The notes under the pieces were generated by a model. The model saw only the letters and a program-made list of their open reading frames with translations. It was not told the DNA's origin and did not search any database. A stretch of DNA of 39,566 nucleotides, taken from positions 1 through 39,566 of IMG/VR virus record IMGVR_UViG_3300030381_000063. The stretch is one strand, 5' to 3'. The position numbers and the translations under genes were made by a program. Shown here piece after piece: positions 7,994 through 16,153 of the stretch; positions within the stretch are counted from its first letter, which is position 1, and each line of letters opens with the position of its first letter. The DNA comes from a virus.

Positions 7994-8021
7994 TTGACTT
8001 TTGAAATTATAGCAGTATAAT
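7994..8021 (+). promoter_or_regulatory. Rightward early promoter
   Basis: TTGACT (7994-7999), 16 nt spacer, TATAAT (8016-8021), in an AT-rich divergent intergenic region. Confidence 0.75.
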
Positions 8022-8032
8022 AATCACAGAAG

Positions 8033-8046
8033 TTAAGAAAACTTAA
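8033..8046. promoter_or_regulatory. Operator-like inverted repeat TTAAG-N4-CTTAA (O2)
   Basis: ttaagaaaacttaa, just downstream of the predicted early transcription start. It is 62 bp centre-to-centre from O1. Confidence 0.6.
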
Positions 8047-8077
8047 CCGGCAGCCAACAGGCAGAAAGGAAATTGAA

Positions 8078-8224
8078 ATGCTTTATACAGTCTATGAGGT
8101 TTTCCCGGACGGAAAGAAATTCTTCCGTTTTGAAAACAATGACCGCTTTGAATGTGAAGTCTATGTGGAGCATCACAAGTATGACAACAGAATCGGAAAG
8201 CTTGTTATTGAAAACGAAGCCTAA
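8078..8224 (+). CDS. Hypothetical early protein, 48 aa
   Basis: ATG 8078 follows a GAAAGGAAA RBS and is the first ORF after the early promoter. It is followed by the hairpin gggcgg-ctaa-cccgccc. Confidence 0.55.
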   Translation: MLYTVYEVFPDGKKFFRFENNDRFECEVYVEHHKYDNRIGKLVIENEA

Positions 8225-8256
8225 GGGCGGCTAACCCGCCCGGAAAGGATAAGCCT

Positions 8257-8526
8257 ATGTTTTGGGATGAAATGAAAAAGTTTGGCTGCCAAACGATTAT
8301 CCATTGCAACGGCAGCGAAGAAAAAGAGCGTTTTTTCACCGCTTGCAAAACAAATGGCATAATCCCGAATTTATCTCCGTATGCAATACGCGACCGGGAT
8401 TATTTCCGCGTTTGCAGATCAAACGGCAGATTTGAGCTTGCAGCATATCCTAAAAATCAAGTTGAATTTTTCCAGCTTGAAGTTGTGGAATGGAAAGGCA
8501 TTCAATCGGGAGAGCTACAAAAATGA
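8257..8526 (+). CDS. Hypothetical early protein, 89 aa
   Basis: ATG follows a GGAAAGGA RBS. The stop overlaps the next start (ATGA). Confidence 0.65.
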   Translation: MFWDEMKKFGCQTIIHCNGSEEKERFFTACKTNGIIPNLSPYAIRDRDYFRVCRSNGRFELAAYPKNQVEFFQLEVVEWKGIQSGELQK

Positions 8527-8693
8527 AAATGACTGGATGGACGTGGGATCACGCAAAATATGTCGCTGACCGCTGTGCAGAGCGCTTCGAGAGCCGGGCG
8601 GAATTTGAACGGTATCTTCTGTCTATCGGCTGGTCGGGAGATGAAATCGAGCAGATGCTTGCCTATCTGGACAGAAAAGAGAAAGAAAGATGA
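8523..8693 (+). CDS. Hypothetical early protein, 56 aa
   Basis: ATGA overlap with the upstream stop. The ORF-track start at 8490 would overlap the upstream gene by 37 nt. Confidence 0.55.
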   Translation: MKMTGWTWDHAKYVADRCAERFESRAEFERYLLSIGWSGDEIEQMLAYLDRKEKER

Positions 8694-8908
8694 AAGCAAA
8701 ATGTGTGTTCTGCGGCGCGGAAATCGAAGTCAGCAAGCAGCTTTTGTTTCCGGGCGAAAACCGGAAATACACCTGCGGAAAATGCACAGAGCATTGCAAT
8801 AAGGTCTGTCCGCTCGGCAAAAGCGGAAGCGTGCAGGGCTGGCACTTCGAGCCGTGCCTTTCATGCAAGAGCAATCCATATAAAATCTACAATGCCGAAA
8901 CGGTCTAA
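8690..8908 (+). CDS. Cys-rich zinc-ribbon-like small protein, 72 aa
   Basis: ATGA overlap with the upstream gene. Paired Cys motifs CVFC...CGKC...C..C...C..C. Confidence 0.6.
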   Translation: MKAKCVFCGAEIEVSKQLLFPGENRKYTCGKCTEHCNKVCPLGKSGSVQGWHFEPCLSCKSNPYKIYNAETV

Positions 8909-8973
8909 TGACCGTCTGCCGGAGATGACCGCCCGGTACTGATGATGGCAGGTCAGAAAGGAAGGTGTTTTGC

Positions 8974-9192
8974 ATGAGCTACAACAAGCTTCGCGGCAAA
9001 ATCCGTGAGGTGTTCGGGACGCAGGAAGCCTTTGCTGAAGCAATCGGGATGAACACAGTTTCCCTTAGTCAACGCTTGAATGGGAAACTGGAATGGAAGA
9101 TTTCAGAGATTGCGAAGGCGTGTGAAGTCCTTGGAATCCCCCTTTCGGAAAACGCAGAATATTTTTTTACCCGAAAAGTTAAGATTTCTTAA
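8974..9192 (+). CDS. Cro/DUF739-like HTH regulator
   Basis: ATG 8974 follows a GAAAGGAAGG RBS. MSYNKLRGKIREVFGTQEAFAEAIGMNTVSLSQRLNGKLEW is the typical DUF739/Cro-type HTH. Confidence 0.8.
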   Translation: MSYNKLRGKIREVFGTQEAFAEAIGMNTVSLSQRLNGKLEWKISEIAKACEVLGIPLSENAEYFFTRKVKIS

Positions 9193-9210
9193 CAGAAAGG
9201 AGCAACTACC

Positions 9211-9435
9211 ATGCCAAGAAAAATCACGCCGGACGAACTGATTGACAGCGAGATTGCCCGTCTGCGCAACACGGAAGCCGTAAAGATGGCGGAAAAAGAA
9301 ATGCGGCTCATTTACAGAAAGCGCAAGTACCTTGCGCAGCTCCGCTGGATGGAAAAGCGCGGCAAGCAGCTCATGGCTGACGGCTGGACGCTGGACACGC
9401 TGGAACTGCTGTTCAAGGACATCCCGGAAGAATAA
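9211..9435 (+). CDS. Hypothetical protein, 74 aa
   Basis: ATG follows a GAAAGGAG RBS. Charged and helical. Confidence 0.65.
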   Translation: MPRKITPDELIDSEIARLRNTEAVKMAEKEMRLIYRKRKYLAQLRWMEKRGKQLMADGWTLDTLELLFKDIPEE

Positions 9436-9495
9436 CCGGAATCCGGACAACCAGCCGACGAATAGGCTGAAACATAACGGAAAGGGAGTGTTTTT

Positions 9496-9669
9496 GTGAA
9501 TGGTCAGCAGGATGTATATGGCGAGCCGACAATATTGAAATATCCGGGAATGACGGTCAGGGTATATCGCCCGATCCTGACTGACGAAGAGAGAGCAAGG
9601 CGCATGAAGCGCATAGAGCAACGCGCAGCGGCGTTGCTCATCGAACAAGAAAAAGCAAAAAGGAAGTGA
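9496..9669 (+). CDS. Hypothetical protein, 57 aa
   Basis: GTG 9496 follows an AAAGGGAG RBS. It is below the ORF-track length cutoff. Contains the motif TVRVYRPILTDEERARRMKRIEQ. Confidence 0.45.
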   Translation: MNGQQDVYGEPTILKYPGMTVRVYRPILTDEERARRMKRIEQRAAALLIEQEKAKRK

Positions 9670-9677
9670 GCGGCGAC

Positions 9678-9875
9678 ATGATAACAGATGATCCCCTTTT
9701 GGATTTTGACCGCTACGACCGGCAGCAGAACGAAGAGCTGAAAAAGCGTCCCGTGTGCTGCTACTGCGGCGAACCGATCCAAGACGATTTCTGCTATGAA
9801 ATCAACGGCGAATATTACTGCGAAGATTGCCTTGATATGCACTTCCGGAAGGCGGTGGACGATCTTGTCAGTTGA
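9678..9875 (+). CDS. Cys-rich zinc-finger small protein, 65 aa
   Basis: CCYCGEPI...YCEDC paired-Cys motifs. ATG at 9678, with an alternative GTG at 9666. Confidence 0.6.
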   Translation: MITDDPLLDFDRYDRQQNEELKKRPVCCYCGEPIQDDFCYEINGEYYCEDCLDMHFRKAVDDLVS

Positions 9876-9909
9876 GAACCAGCGACACACAAAAGGCGAT
9901 CTTGCGCAG

Positions 9910-11106
9910 ATGCAAAGCCTACCGCTTACGGCAAAAATCAGAATGACAAAGGAACGGATCAAGGCTTGGTATGAATCGTGGTGGCGTTATGAAATTTACG
10001 ACAAAGCCACTGGAAAAACAAGATTCGTCACATTTGACAACCGGGACTATTCGGCAGAACCACCGATGAAAGAAACGGAATATATTGCATCAGCATTTCC
10101 GGGCGCAGTGTATGTCAGCTTCAGCGGCGGCAAGGACAGCACGGTTTTGAAGCACATTGTGGATTCCATTTATTCGGATGTCCCGTCAGTGTTCGTCAAT
10201 ACCGGACTTGAATATCCCGAAATACAGCATTTTGTCCGAGAAGTGAAAGCCGGGAAATATGACTGCTTCAATCCGGACGTTGAAATTCTCCGGCCTGAAA
10301 TGCGGTTTGATGAAGTTATAAAAAAGTATGGTTATCCAATCATAAGCAAAGAGGTCAGCAACACAGTCAGTGGTGCAAGAAAAAACATCCGTGATGGGAA
10401 GTATTCACTTCGGCTCCGTCAGTTAGGTGTGCATCGTGATGAATACGGTGGTCTTTACGATAGCGGAAAGCATGACTACGAAAAGACAGTAACAAGATCA
10501 AAATTCACGCAAAACAAATGGCGCTTTTTGTTGGATTCTGATTTTGAAGTTTCAGAAAAGTGCTGCTACCACACAAAGAAAGCACCTTCCAAGAAATATG
10601 AAAATGAAACAGGAAGGAAGCCGCTGATTGCAACAATGGCATGTGAAAGCATGACAAGAGAAGCAGCTTGGATGAAAAAAGGATGCAATGCGTTTGATGC
10701 TCAACGGCCTACATCACAGCCTATGTCATTCTGGACGGAACAAGATGTCCTCCACTACATAAAGAAATACGATGTTCCGTATTGTTCGGTTTATGGTGAC
10801 ATTCAGGTGAAACCGCATGACAACGCATTGCATGGACAGATCGATTTGATTGATTATCTTGGTGCTTATGAGCCGGAAGATCAGCTTATGACAACCGGAT
10901 ACAGTAGAACAGGATGCATATTCTGTATGTTCGGATGTCACTTGGAGAAAGAACCAAACCGATTCCAACGTCTTAAGGAAACACATCCAAGGCAATATGA
11001 CTACTGCATAAACGGCGGTGAAATGGTTGACGGAAAGTGGCAACCAAACAAAGAAGGTCTTGGGCTTGGTTATGTTCTGGATTACATAGGTGTTCCTTAC
11101 AAATAG
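9910..11106 (+). CDS. PAPS-reductase-like PP-loop ATPase family protein (CysH/DndC-like)
   Basis: PP-loop motif SFSGGKDS and a C-terminal Cys cluster (TGCIFCMFGC). The start is uncertain; the first in-frame ATG is at 9910. Composition is AT-richer than the neighbours (about 43% GC in 10321-10440, hand count). Confidence 0.85.
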   Translation: MQSLPLTAKIRMTKERIKAWYESWWRYEIYDKATGKTRFVTFDNRDYSAEPPMKETEYIASAFPGAVYVSFSGGKDSTVLKHIVDSIYSDVPSVFVNTGLEYPEIQHFVREVKAGKYDCFNPDVEILRPEMRFDEVIKKYGYPIISKEVSNTVSGARKNIRDGKYSLRLRQLGVHRDEYGGLYDSGKHDYEKTVTRSKFTQNKWRFLLDSDFEVSEKCCYHTKKAPSKKYENETGRKPLIATMACESMTREAAWMKKGCNAFDAQRPTSQPMSFWTEQDVLHYIKKYDVPYCSVYGDIQVKPHDNALHGQIDLIDYLGAYEPEDQLMTTGYSRTGCIFCMFGCHLEKEPNRFQRLKETHPRQYDYCINGGEMVDGKWQPNKEGLGLGYVLDYIGVPYK

Positions 11107-11169
11107 AATCCAAAAGTGCCACGGAAGCCCCAAATCTGCTGAATCTTTATTTTTCAAGGAGATTTGGCA

Positions 11170-11982
11170 ATGAAAGAGTTCAAGAGTTTTTACAAGGAAG
11201 TCACCGGCAACGAAGGAGGGAAATGCCGCTACAACAAGCGCCTTGACACCTACGGCTGCGGCTGTCAGCACGATTGTTCTTACTGCTATGCAAAGTCATT
11301 GCTTAGCTTTCGCGGCCTGTGGGACGCTGTAGAGCCTTCAGCGGCGAGCCTTGCGCGGATCGAACGCAAGATTGCAAAGCTTGAACCGGGAACGATCATC
11401 CGGCTTGGCGGTATGACAGACTGCTTCCAGCCGATGGAGCGCCGCGAGCGGATCACCAAAGGCACGGTGGAGCTGCTGAACAAGTACGACATCGGCTATC
11501 TGATTGTTACGAAGTCTGACTTGGTTTGTGAATACATGAACATTCTGGACAAGCAGCTTGCACACATTCAGATCAGCACGACATGGATTCCGTGCGAAAA
11601 GGCAGTCAGCACCGAACGCCGGATAAAGGCGATTGAAACGCTGTATGACGCCGGTTTTGATGTGGCTGTCAGGCTTTCGCCCTTCCTGCCGCAGTTCGTG
11701 GACTTCGACCGGCTGAACAGTATCAAGTGCAACAAGATCATTGTTGAGTTCCTGCGGGTGAATCACTGGATCAAGAAATGGTTGCCACTGGACTATTCGG
11801 ACTACACCGTTAAGCAATCCGGCTATCAGCACTTGCCGCTGGAAAAGAAAATCGAGTACCTGTCAAAAGTCACCGGCTTTGATGAAGTGTCCGTCTGTGA
11901 GGACGTTTCCGAACATTACGAATATTGGAAAGAATGCGTGAACTTCAATAAAGAAGATTGCTGCAATCTACGAAAGGGATGA
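11170..11982 (+). CDS. Radical SAM protein (SplB/COG1533-like)
   Basis: ATG 11170 lies 8 nt after an AAGGAG RBS. The motif is CxxxCxxC: GCGCQHDCSYCYA. About 61% GC in 11341-11460 (hand count). Confidence 0.8.
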   Translation: MKEFKSFYKEVTGNEGGKCRYNKRLDTYGCGCQHDCSYCYAKSLLSFRGLWDAVEPSAASLARIERKIAKLEPGTIIRLGGMTDCFQPMERRERITKGTVELLNKYDIGYLIVTKSDLVCEYMNILDKQLAHIQISTTWIPCEKAVSTERRIKAIETLYDAGFDVAVRLSPFLPQFVDFDRLNSIKCNKIIVEFLRVNHWIKKWLPLDYSDYTVKQSGYQHLPLEKKIEYLSKVTGFDEVSVCEDVSEHYEYWKECVNFNKEDCCNLRKG

Positions 11983-12642
11983 TTGAAACGAATGGTTGAA
12001 AAAACGATCCTGACAAGTCGGGAAGAATGGTTGAAACACAGGATGCAGGGCATCGGCGGGTCAGAGATCAGCGCCGTGGTTGGCATGAATCCATACCTTG
12101 ACAATTATCATCTCTGGGAAATCAAGACCGGTCTTGTCGAGCCGGAAGACATCAGCGACAAGCCTTATGTGCAGTACGGCACAAACGCAGAACACCATTT
12201 GCGCGAGCTGTTCAAGCTGGATTTTCCGCAGTATCAGGTTTTCTACGAAGAAAACAACAGCTTCCGAAATACCCGGTATCCGTGGGCGCTGGCTTCCCTT
12301 GACGGCTGGTTACGAGACGAAAACGGGCGGCTCGGCGTGTGGGAATGCAAGACCACAAACATTCTGCAATCCATGCAGAAGGAAAAATGGGATCACAGAA
12401 TCCCGGACAACTATTTCTGCCAATGCCTTTTTTACATGGCAGTCATAGAAGCTGACTTCTGCATTTTAAAGGCACAGCTAAAAACGGAATTTGACGGAAT
12501 CCCCTATCTTCAGACGCGGCATTATTTCATCGAAAGGGACGATGTTCAGGGCGACATGGATTACCTGATGAAAAAAGGCGCTGAATTTTGGGAGTACGTC
12601 AAGAGCAAGAAAAAACCGGCGCTTCTGCTGCCGGAAATATAA
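11983..12642 (+). CDS. YqaJ-like recombination exonuclease
   Basis: GIGGSEISAVVGMNPY at the N-terminus, a later D...ECK motif, and a position upstream of RecT. The start may be ATG 11992 rather than TTG 11983. Confidence 0.85.
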   Translation: MKRMVEKTILTSREEWLKHRMQGIGGSEISAVVGMNPYLDNYHLWEIKTGLVEPEDISDKPYVQYGTNAEHHLRELFKLDFPQYQVFYEENNSFRNTRYPWALASLDGWLRDENGRLGVWECKTTNILQSMQKEKWDHRIPDNYFCQCLFYMAVIEADFCILKAQLKTEFDGIPYLQTRHYFIERDDVQGDMDYLMKKGAEFWEYVKSKKKPALLLPEI

Positions 12643-12659
12643 AAAGGAGAGGAAAACAA

Positions 12660-13466
12660 GTGGAACTAAAAGTTACAGAATTGCAGATTCCCGGCAAGAT
12701 CAGCTTCAACTATGAGGATTTGAAACGGGAGCTGACGGAAAAGGTCAACGTCTACGCTTCTATGGTGTACACGGATGACCAGATTCAGGCGGCGAAGGCA
12801 GACCGGGCGAACCTGAACCGGCTGAAGAAAGCCCTGAATGATGAGCGCATCCGGCAGGAAAAGGATTTCATGCAGCCCTTCAACCAGTTCAAAGCGCAAG
12901 TCAAAGAGCTTTGCGGCATCATCGACACGGCAACCGCTTCCGTGGATAAGCAGGTTAAGGCTTTTGAGGATCAGAAGAAAGCGGACAAGCTTGAAGCAAT
13001 CAACGCGCTTTGGAGAGCAAAGGAAACGCCTGTATGGATGGAATGCAATGATGCAAGATGGCTGAATGCTTCCGTTTCCATGAAATCCATTGAAGCAGAA
13101 ATCGACAAGCATCTTCTCCGGGTTCAGAAGGATTTAGACACACTTGACAGCATGGGCGTTGGCTTTGAAGCAATGCAGAAATATAAGACCACGCTTGACC
13201 TTAATGCAGCTATCGCAGAAGACGCCCGGATTAAGGCACAGGCAGAAGCAAAAGCAAAATGGGAAGCTGAACACGCGCAGATGCAGATTCAGGAAGAGAA
13301 GCCGCCTGTTTTGACCAATATCAATGATCCCGAAGATATTGAAAACGCTGCACCGGTTGAGCCTGTCCGCCAGTGGATCGGTTTTCAGGCGCTTCTTTCC
13401 ACCGATGAAGCAAAGGCGCTGGGCGCGTGGCTTCGCGGGAACGGTATCAAATACAAGGCTATTTAA
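12660..13466 (+). CDS. DUF1351-like recombination-module protein
   Basis: GTG 12660 follows an AAAGGAGAGG RBS. ISFNYEDLKRELTEKVNVY...AKADRANLNRLKKALNDERI is the DUF1351 pattern. It lies between Exo and RecT. Confidence 0.7.
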   Translation: MELKVTELQIPGKISFNYEDLKRELTEKVNVYASMVYTDDQIQAAKADRANLNRLKKALNDERIRQEKDFMQPFNQFKAQVKELCGIIDTATASVDKQVKAFEDQKKADKLEAINALWRAKETPVWMECNDARWLNASVSMKSIEAEIDKHLLRVQKDLDTLDSMGVGFEAMQKYKTTLDLNAAIAEDARIKAQAEAKAKWEAEHAQMQIQEEKPPVLTNINDPEDIENAAPVEPVRQWIGFQALLSTDEAKALGAWLRGNGIKYKAI

Positions 13467-13476
13467 GAAAGGATGA

Positions 13477-14418
13477 ATGAAAATGGCAGTCAATAACAGT
13501 CTTCAGAAATCGCAGAAGCGGCTTACCATCGGCTCTTATCTCACCGGCGATGCAGTCAAGCAGCGTATCAATCAGGTCATCGGCGGCAAGGACGGTCAGC
13601 GCTTCATCAGCGCGGTTATCAGCGCCGTTCAGACGAATCCCGCCCTTCAGGAATGCACAAATCAGAGCATTCTTTCCGCCGCCCTGCTGGGCGAAAGCCT
13701 GAAGCTGTCCCCGTCTCCGCAGCTCGGACAGTATTACATGGTTCCTTACAACGACAAAGAGCGCGGCAATGTGGCGCAGTTCCAGCTTGGCTACAAGGGA
13801 TATATTCAGCTTGCCATTCGTTCCGGTCAGTACAAGAAGCTGAACGTCCTTGCAATCAAGAAGGGCGAGCTTGTGCGCTTCGATCCTCTGAATGAGGAAA
13901 TCGAAGTCAAGCTGATTGATGACGAAGAGCAGCGGGAAACGGCTGAAACCATCGGCTATTATGCCATGTTTGAGTATGTCAATGGATTCCGAAAGGCTAT
14001 CTATTGGAGCAAGAACAAGATGCTTGCCCATGCTGATAAATACAGCCCGGCATTTTCCAAGGACGGAAAAACGGTAAAAACCAGATACGGAGAAAAGAAA
14101 AAGGTTTCGTATGCGGATTTTGCTGCCGGAAATTATGACCCGAAGGACGCTTGGATGTATTCGTCTTTCTGGTACAGGGACTTTGACGGCATGGCATATA
14201 AGACCATGCTGCGACAGCTCATCAGCAAATGGGGCATCATGTCAATCGAAATGGCTTCCGCTATTGATGCAGATATGGCGGTCATCAACGAGGACGGGAC
14301 GAAAGACTACGTTGAAAATGATCCGGATACCATTGAAGCAACGGCTGAAGTGGTGCAGGAACAGACGGACGCCGGTGACGTACAGGCGGCGCTTTTCGGC
14401 GGTGATACCAATGAATAA
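13477..14418 (+). CDS. recT: RecT-family single-strand annealing protein
   Basis: NPALQECTNQSILSAALLGESLKLSPSPQLGQYYMVPY and QFQLGYKGYIQLAIRSGQY are typical RecT blocks. Confidence 0.9.
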   Translation: MKMAVNNSLQKSQKRLTIGSYLTGDAVKQRINQVIGGKDGQRFISAVISAVQTNPALQECTNQSILSAALLGESLKLSPSPQLGQYYMVPYNDKERGNVAQFQLGYKGYIQLAIRSGQYKKLNVLAIKKGELVRFDPLNEEIEVKLIDDEEQRETAETIGYYAMFEYVNGFRKAIYWSKNKMLAHADKYSPAFSKDGKTVKTRYGEKKKVSYADFAAGNYDPKDAWMYSSFWYRDFDGMAYKTMLRQLISKWGIMSIEMASAIDADMAVINEDGTKDYVENDPDTIEATAEVVQEQTDAGDVQAALFGGDTNE

Positions 14419-14803
14419 AGTGATTCTTATCGGTCGCCTGACGGTTGATCCTGAAATCCGCGTCACAAATTCCGGCAAAAAAGTTGCTTCCTATCGTATG
14501 GCGGTTGACCGCAACGTGAAAACCGAAGGTCAGCCAGAAGCGGACTTCATCAACTGCACGGCATGGGGCAAGACCGGCGAGTTTGCGGAAAAGTACCTGC
14601 GAAAAGGCATGAAGATTGCCATCGAAGGGCGCATTCAGACCGGCAGCTATGAGAAGGACGGACAGAAGCACTACACCGCGGAAATCATCGTTGACCGGCA
14701 TGAATTTTGCGAAAGCAAGCGGTCTGCCGATTCCGGCAGCTATCCCGCGCCGGATCAGGGCTTCGCGGAAATCGAAGAAACGGACGGACATCTTCCGTTC
14801 TGA
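14411..14803 (+). CDS. ssb: Single-stranded DNA-binding protein
   Basis: MNKVILIGRLTVDPEIR... OB-fold start and a C-terminal acidic tip DGHLPF. Confidence 0.92.
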   Translation: MNKVILIGRLTVDPEIRVTNSGKKVASYRMAVDRNVKTEGQPEADFINCTAWGKTGEFAEKYLRKGMKIAIEGRIQTGSYEKDGQKHYTAEIIVDRHEFCESKRSADSGSYPAPDQGFAEIEETDGHLPF

Positions 14804-14817
14804 TGGGGGGCTTTTCA

Positions 14818-15162
14818 GTGGCCGTAAACAGCAAACAGAAGGGCGCACGGTTTGAGCGGCAGCTTGCTTCACGATTCCGTGAATACGGCTATGACGCCCG
14901 GAGAACCGCCCAATACTGCGGCAACACCGGGGACGCTTCGGACGTTGTAGGGCTTCCCGGAATCCATATCGAAGCCAAGCACCAAGAGCGAATGCAGCTC
15001 TATGACTGGATGGCACAGGCCAAGCGGGACGCAGCCGGGACGGACAAGCTTCCGGCTGTGTTCCACAAAAAGAATAATGCATCCATCCTTGTGACGATGG
15101 AATTTGAAGACTGGATGCGGCTTTTCACCGAATGGGAAGCCGGTCAGGAAAGAAAGGAATAA
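14818..15162 (+). CDS. PD-(D/E)xK nuclease, putative Holliday junction resolvase
   Basis: KGARFERQLA...ASDVVGLPGIHIEAK (D...ExK). The start is GTG 14818. Confidence 0.7.
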   Translation: MAVNSKQKGARFERQLASRFREYGYDARRTAQYCGNTGDASDVVGLPGIHIEAKHQERMQLYDWMAQAKRDAAGTDKLPAVFHKKNNASILVTMEFEDWMRLFTEWEAGQERKE

Positions 15163-15168
15163 TCCGAT

Positions 15169-15345
15169 ATGAGAAGCAAAAGCAAGGCGTATCTGCTCAC
15201 GACGCTGTTCATGGCAATGATGCTGTCGATTCTTTACTTTATCACGCTGGCAAATCCGGGCGCGTGGAAGTGGTACGGAATCATCTTCGGCATTCTCGGC
15301 GTGATCTATTTCACGCTCTGCCTGTATTCGTGGATCGCACACTGA
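15169..15345 (+). CDS. Small two-TM membrane protein, 58 aa
   Basis: AYLLTTLFMAMMLSILYFITL and WYGIIFGILGVIYFTLCLY. It is below the ORF-track cutoff. Confidence 0.5.
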   Translation: MRSKSKAYLLTTLFMAMMLSILYFITLANPGAWKWYGIIFGILGVIYFTLCLYSWIAH

Positions 15346-15359
15346 AAGGAGAAAAGAAA

Positions 15360-15770
15360 ATGAAAGTTGTCATTGATCCCGGCTGCTATATGCCGGAAAG
15401 AGCGCACGAAGACGATGCTGGGCTTGACCTTCGGACGCCGCATGACGTGGTTGTTCCTTCCTTCGGCTCTGCCGTGATTGACACCGGCGTACATATGCAG
15501 ATTCCGGTCGGTATGGTCGGGATGCTGAAAAGCAAGTCCGGTCTGAACGTCAAGTCCGGCATCACGTCCGAAGGCGTCATTGACGCCGGATACACCGGCA
15601 GCATCGTTGCCAAGCTCTACAACCACAGCGGCAAAACGTGTCTTCTGAAGGCAGGATCGAAGATTACACAGATAGTCATCCTGCCGGTCATCAAGCTTCC
15701 GCTTGAAGTCGTGGACAAGCTGGACGATTCCGAGCGCGGCAGCAACGGCTTTGGAAGCAGCGGGGTGTAA
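15360..15770 (+). CDS. dut: dUTP diphosphatase
   Basis: DAGLDLR, SKSGL, GVIDAGYTG and C-terminal RGSNGFGSSG dUTPase motifs. Confidence 0.92.
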   Translation: MKVVIDPGCYMPERAHEDDAGLDLRTPHDVVVPSFGSAVIDTGVHMQIPVGMVGMLKSKSGLNVKSGITSEGVIDAGYTGSIVAKLYNHSGKTCLLKAGSKITQIVILPVIKLPLEVVDKLDDSERGSNGFGSSGV

Positions 15771-15892
15771 TGATGGCAAGGATCAGCAACGTTGAAGTTT
15801 TCGGGCTGGAAAGAGCAATCAAGACCGCGAAATATCCGAAAGCCGTAAACATTGAAAAGCTCAATTCCGAGCTTATCACGGGGCGGCATTGA
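15770..15892 (+). CDS. Short ORF, 40 aa, possibly a truncated gene remnant
   Basis: MMARISNVEVFGLERAIKTAKYP... ends inside the hairpin ggggcgg-cattga-ccgcccc (15879-15898). Confidence 0.3.
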   Translation: MMARISNVEVFGLERAIKTAKYPKAVNIEKLNSELITGRH

Positions 15893-15928
15893 CCGCCCCA
15901 CACACAAAAGATGAAAGGGGCTGACAAC

Positions 15929-16153
15929 ATGACACAATGCGAACGCATACAGCGACACCTTGAAGATTACGGCTCTATCACAAGCCTTGAAGCTATGCAG
16001 GAATACGGGATCATGCGTCTGGCTTCCCGAATTTCTGACCTGAAGCAGATGGGCGTCCCCATTGAAAAAGAAATGGTCAGCGGAAAAAACCGATACGGCG
16101 AACCGACAAGCTTTGCCCGGTATTCCCTGAAGGTGGTGGGAACGTGTGGCTGA
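15929..16153 (+). CDS. Winged-helix/HTH protein (HTH_39-like)
   Basis: ATG 15929 lies 8 nt after an AAAGGGG RBS. GSITSLEAMQEYGIMRLASRISDLKQMGVPI is the HTH_39 pattern. Confidence 0.75.
   Translation: MTQCERIQRHLEDYGSITSLEAMQEYGIMRLASRISDLKQMGVPIEKEMVSGKNRYGEPTSFARYSLKVVGTCG

Noticed and set aside
14111-15082. A 230-aa plus-strand ORF starting at 14111 and a 265-aa minus-strand ORF over the RecT/SSB/resolvase region
   Set aside because: The plus-strand ORF is the SSB frame extended upstream into RecT. The real start is ATG 14411, followed by the typical MNKVILIGRL. The minus-strand ORF is an Arg/Pro-rich shadow.
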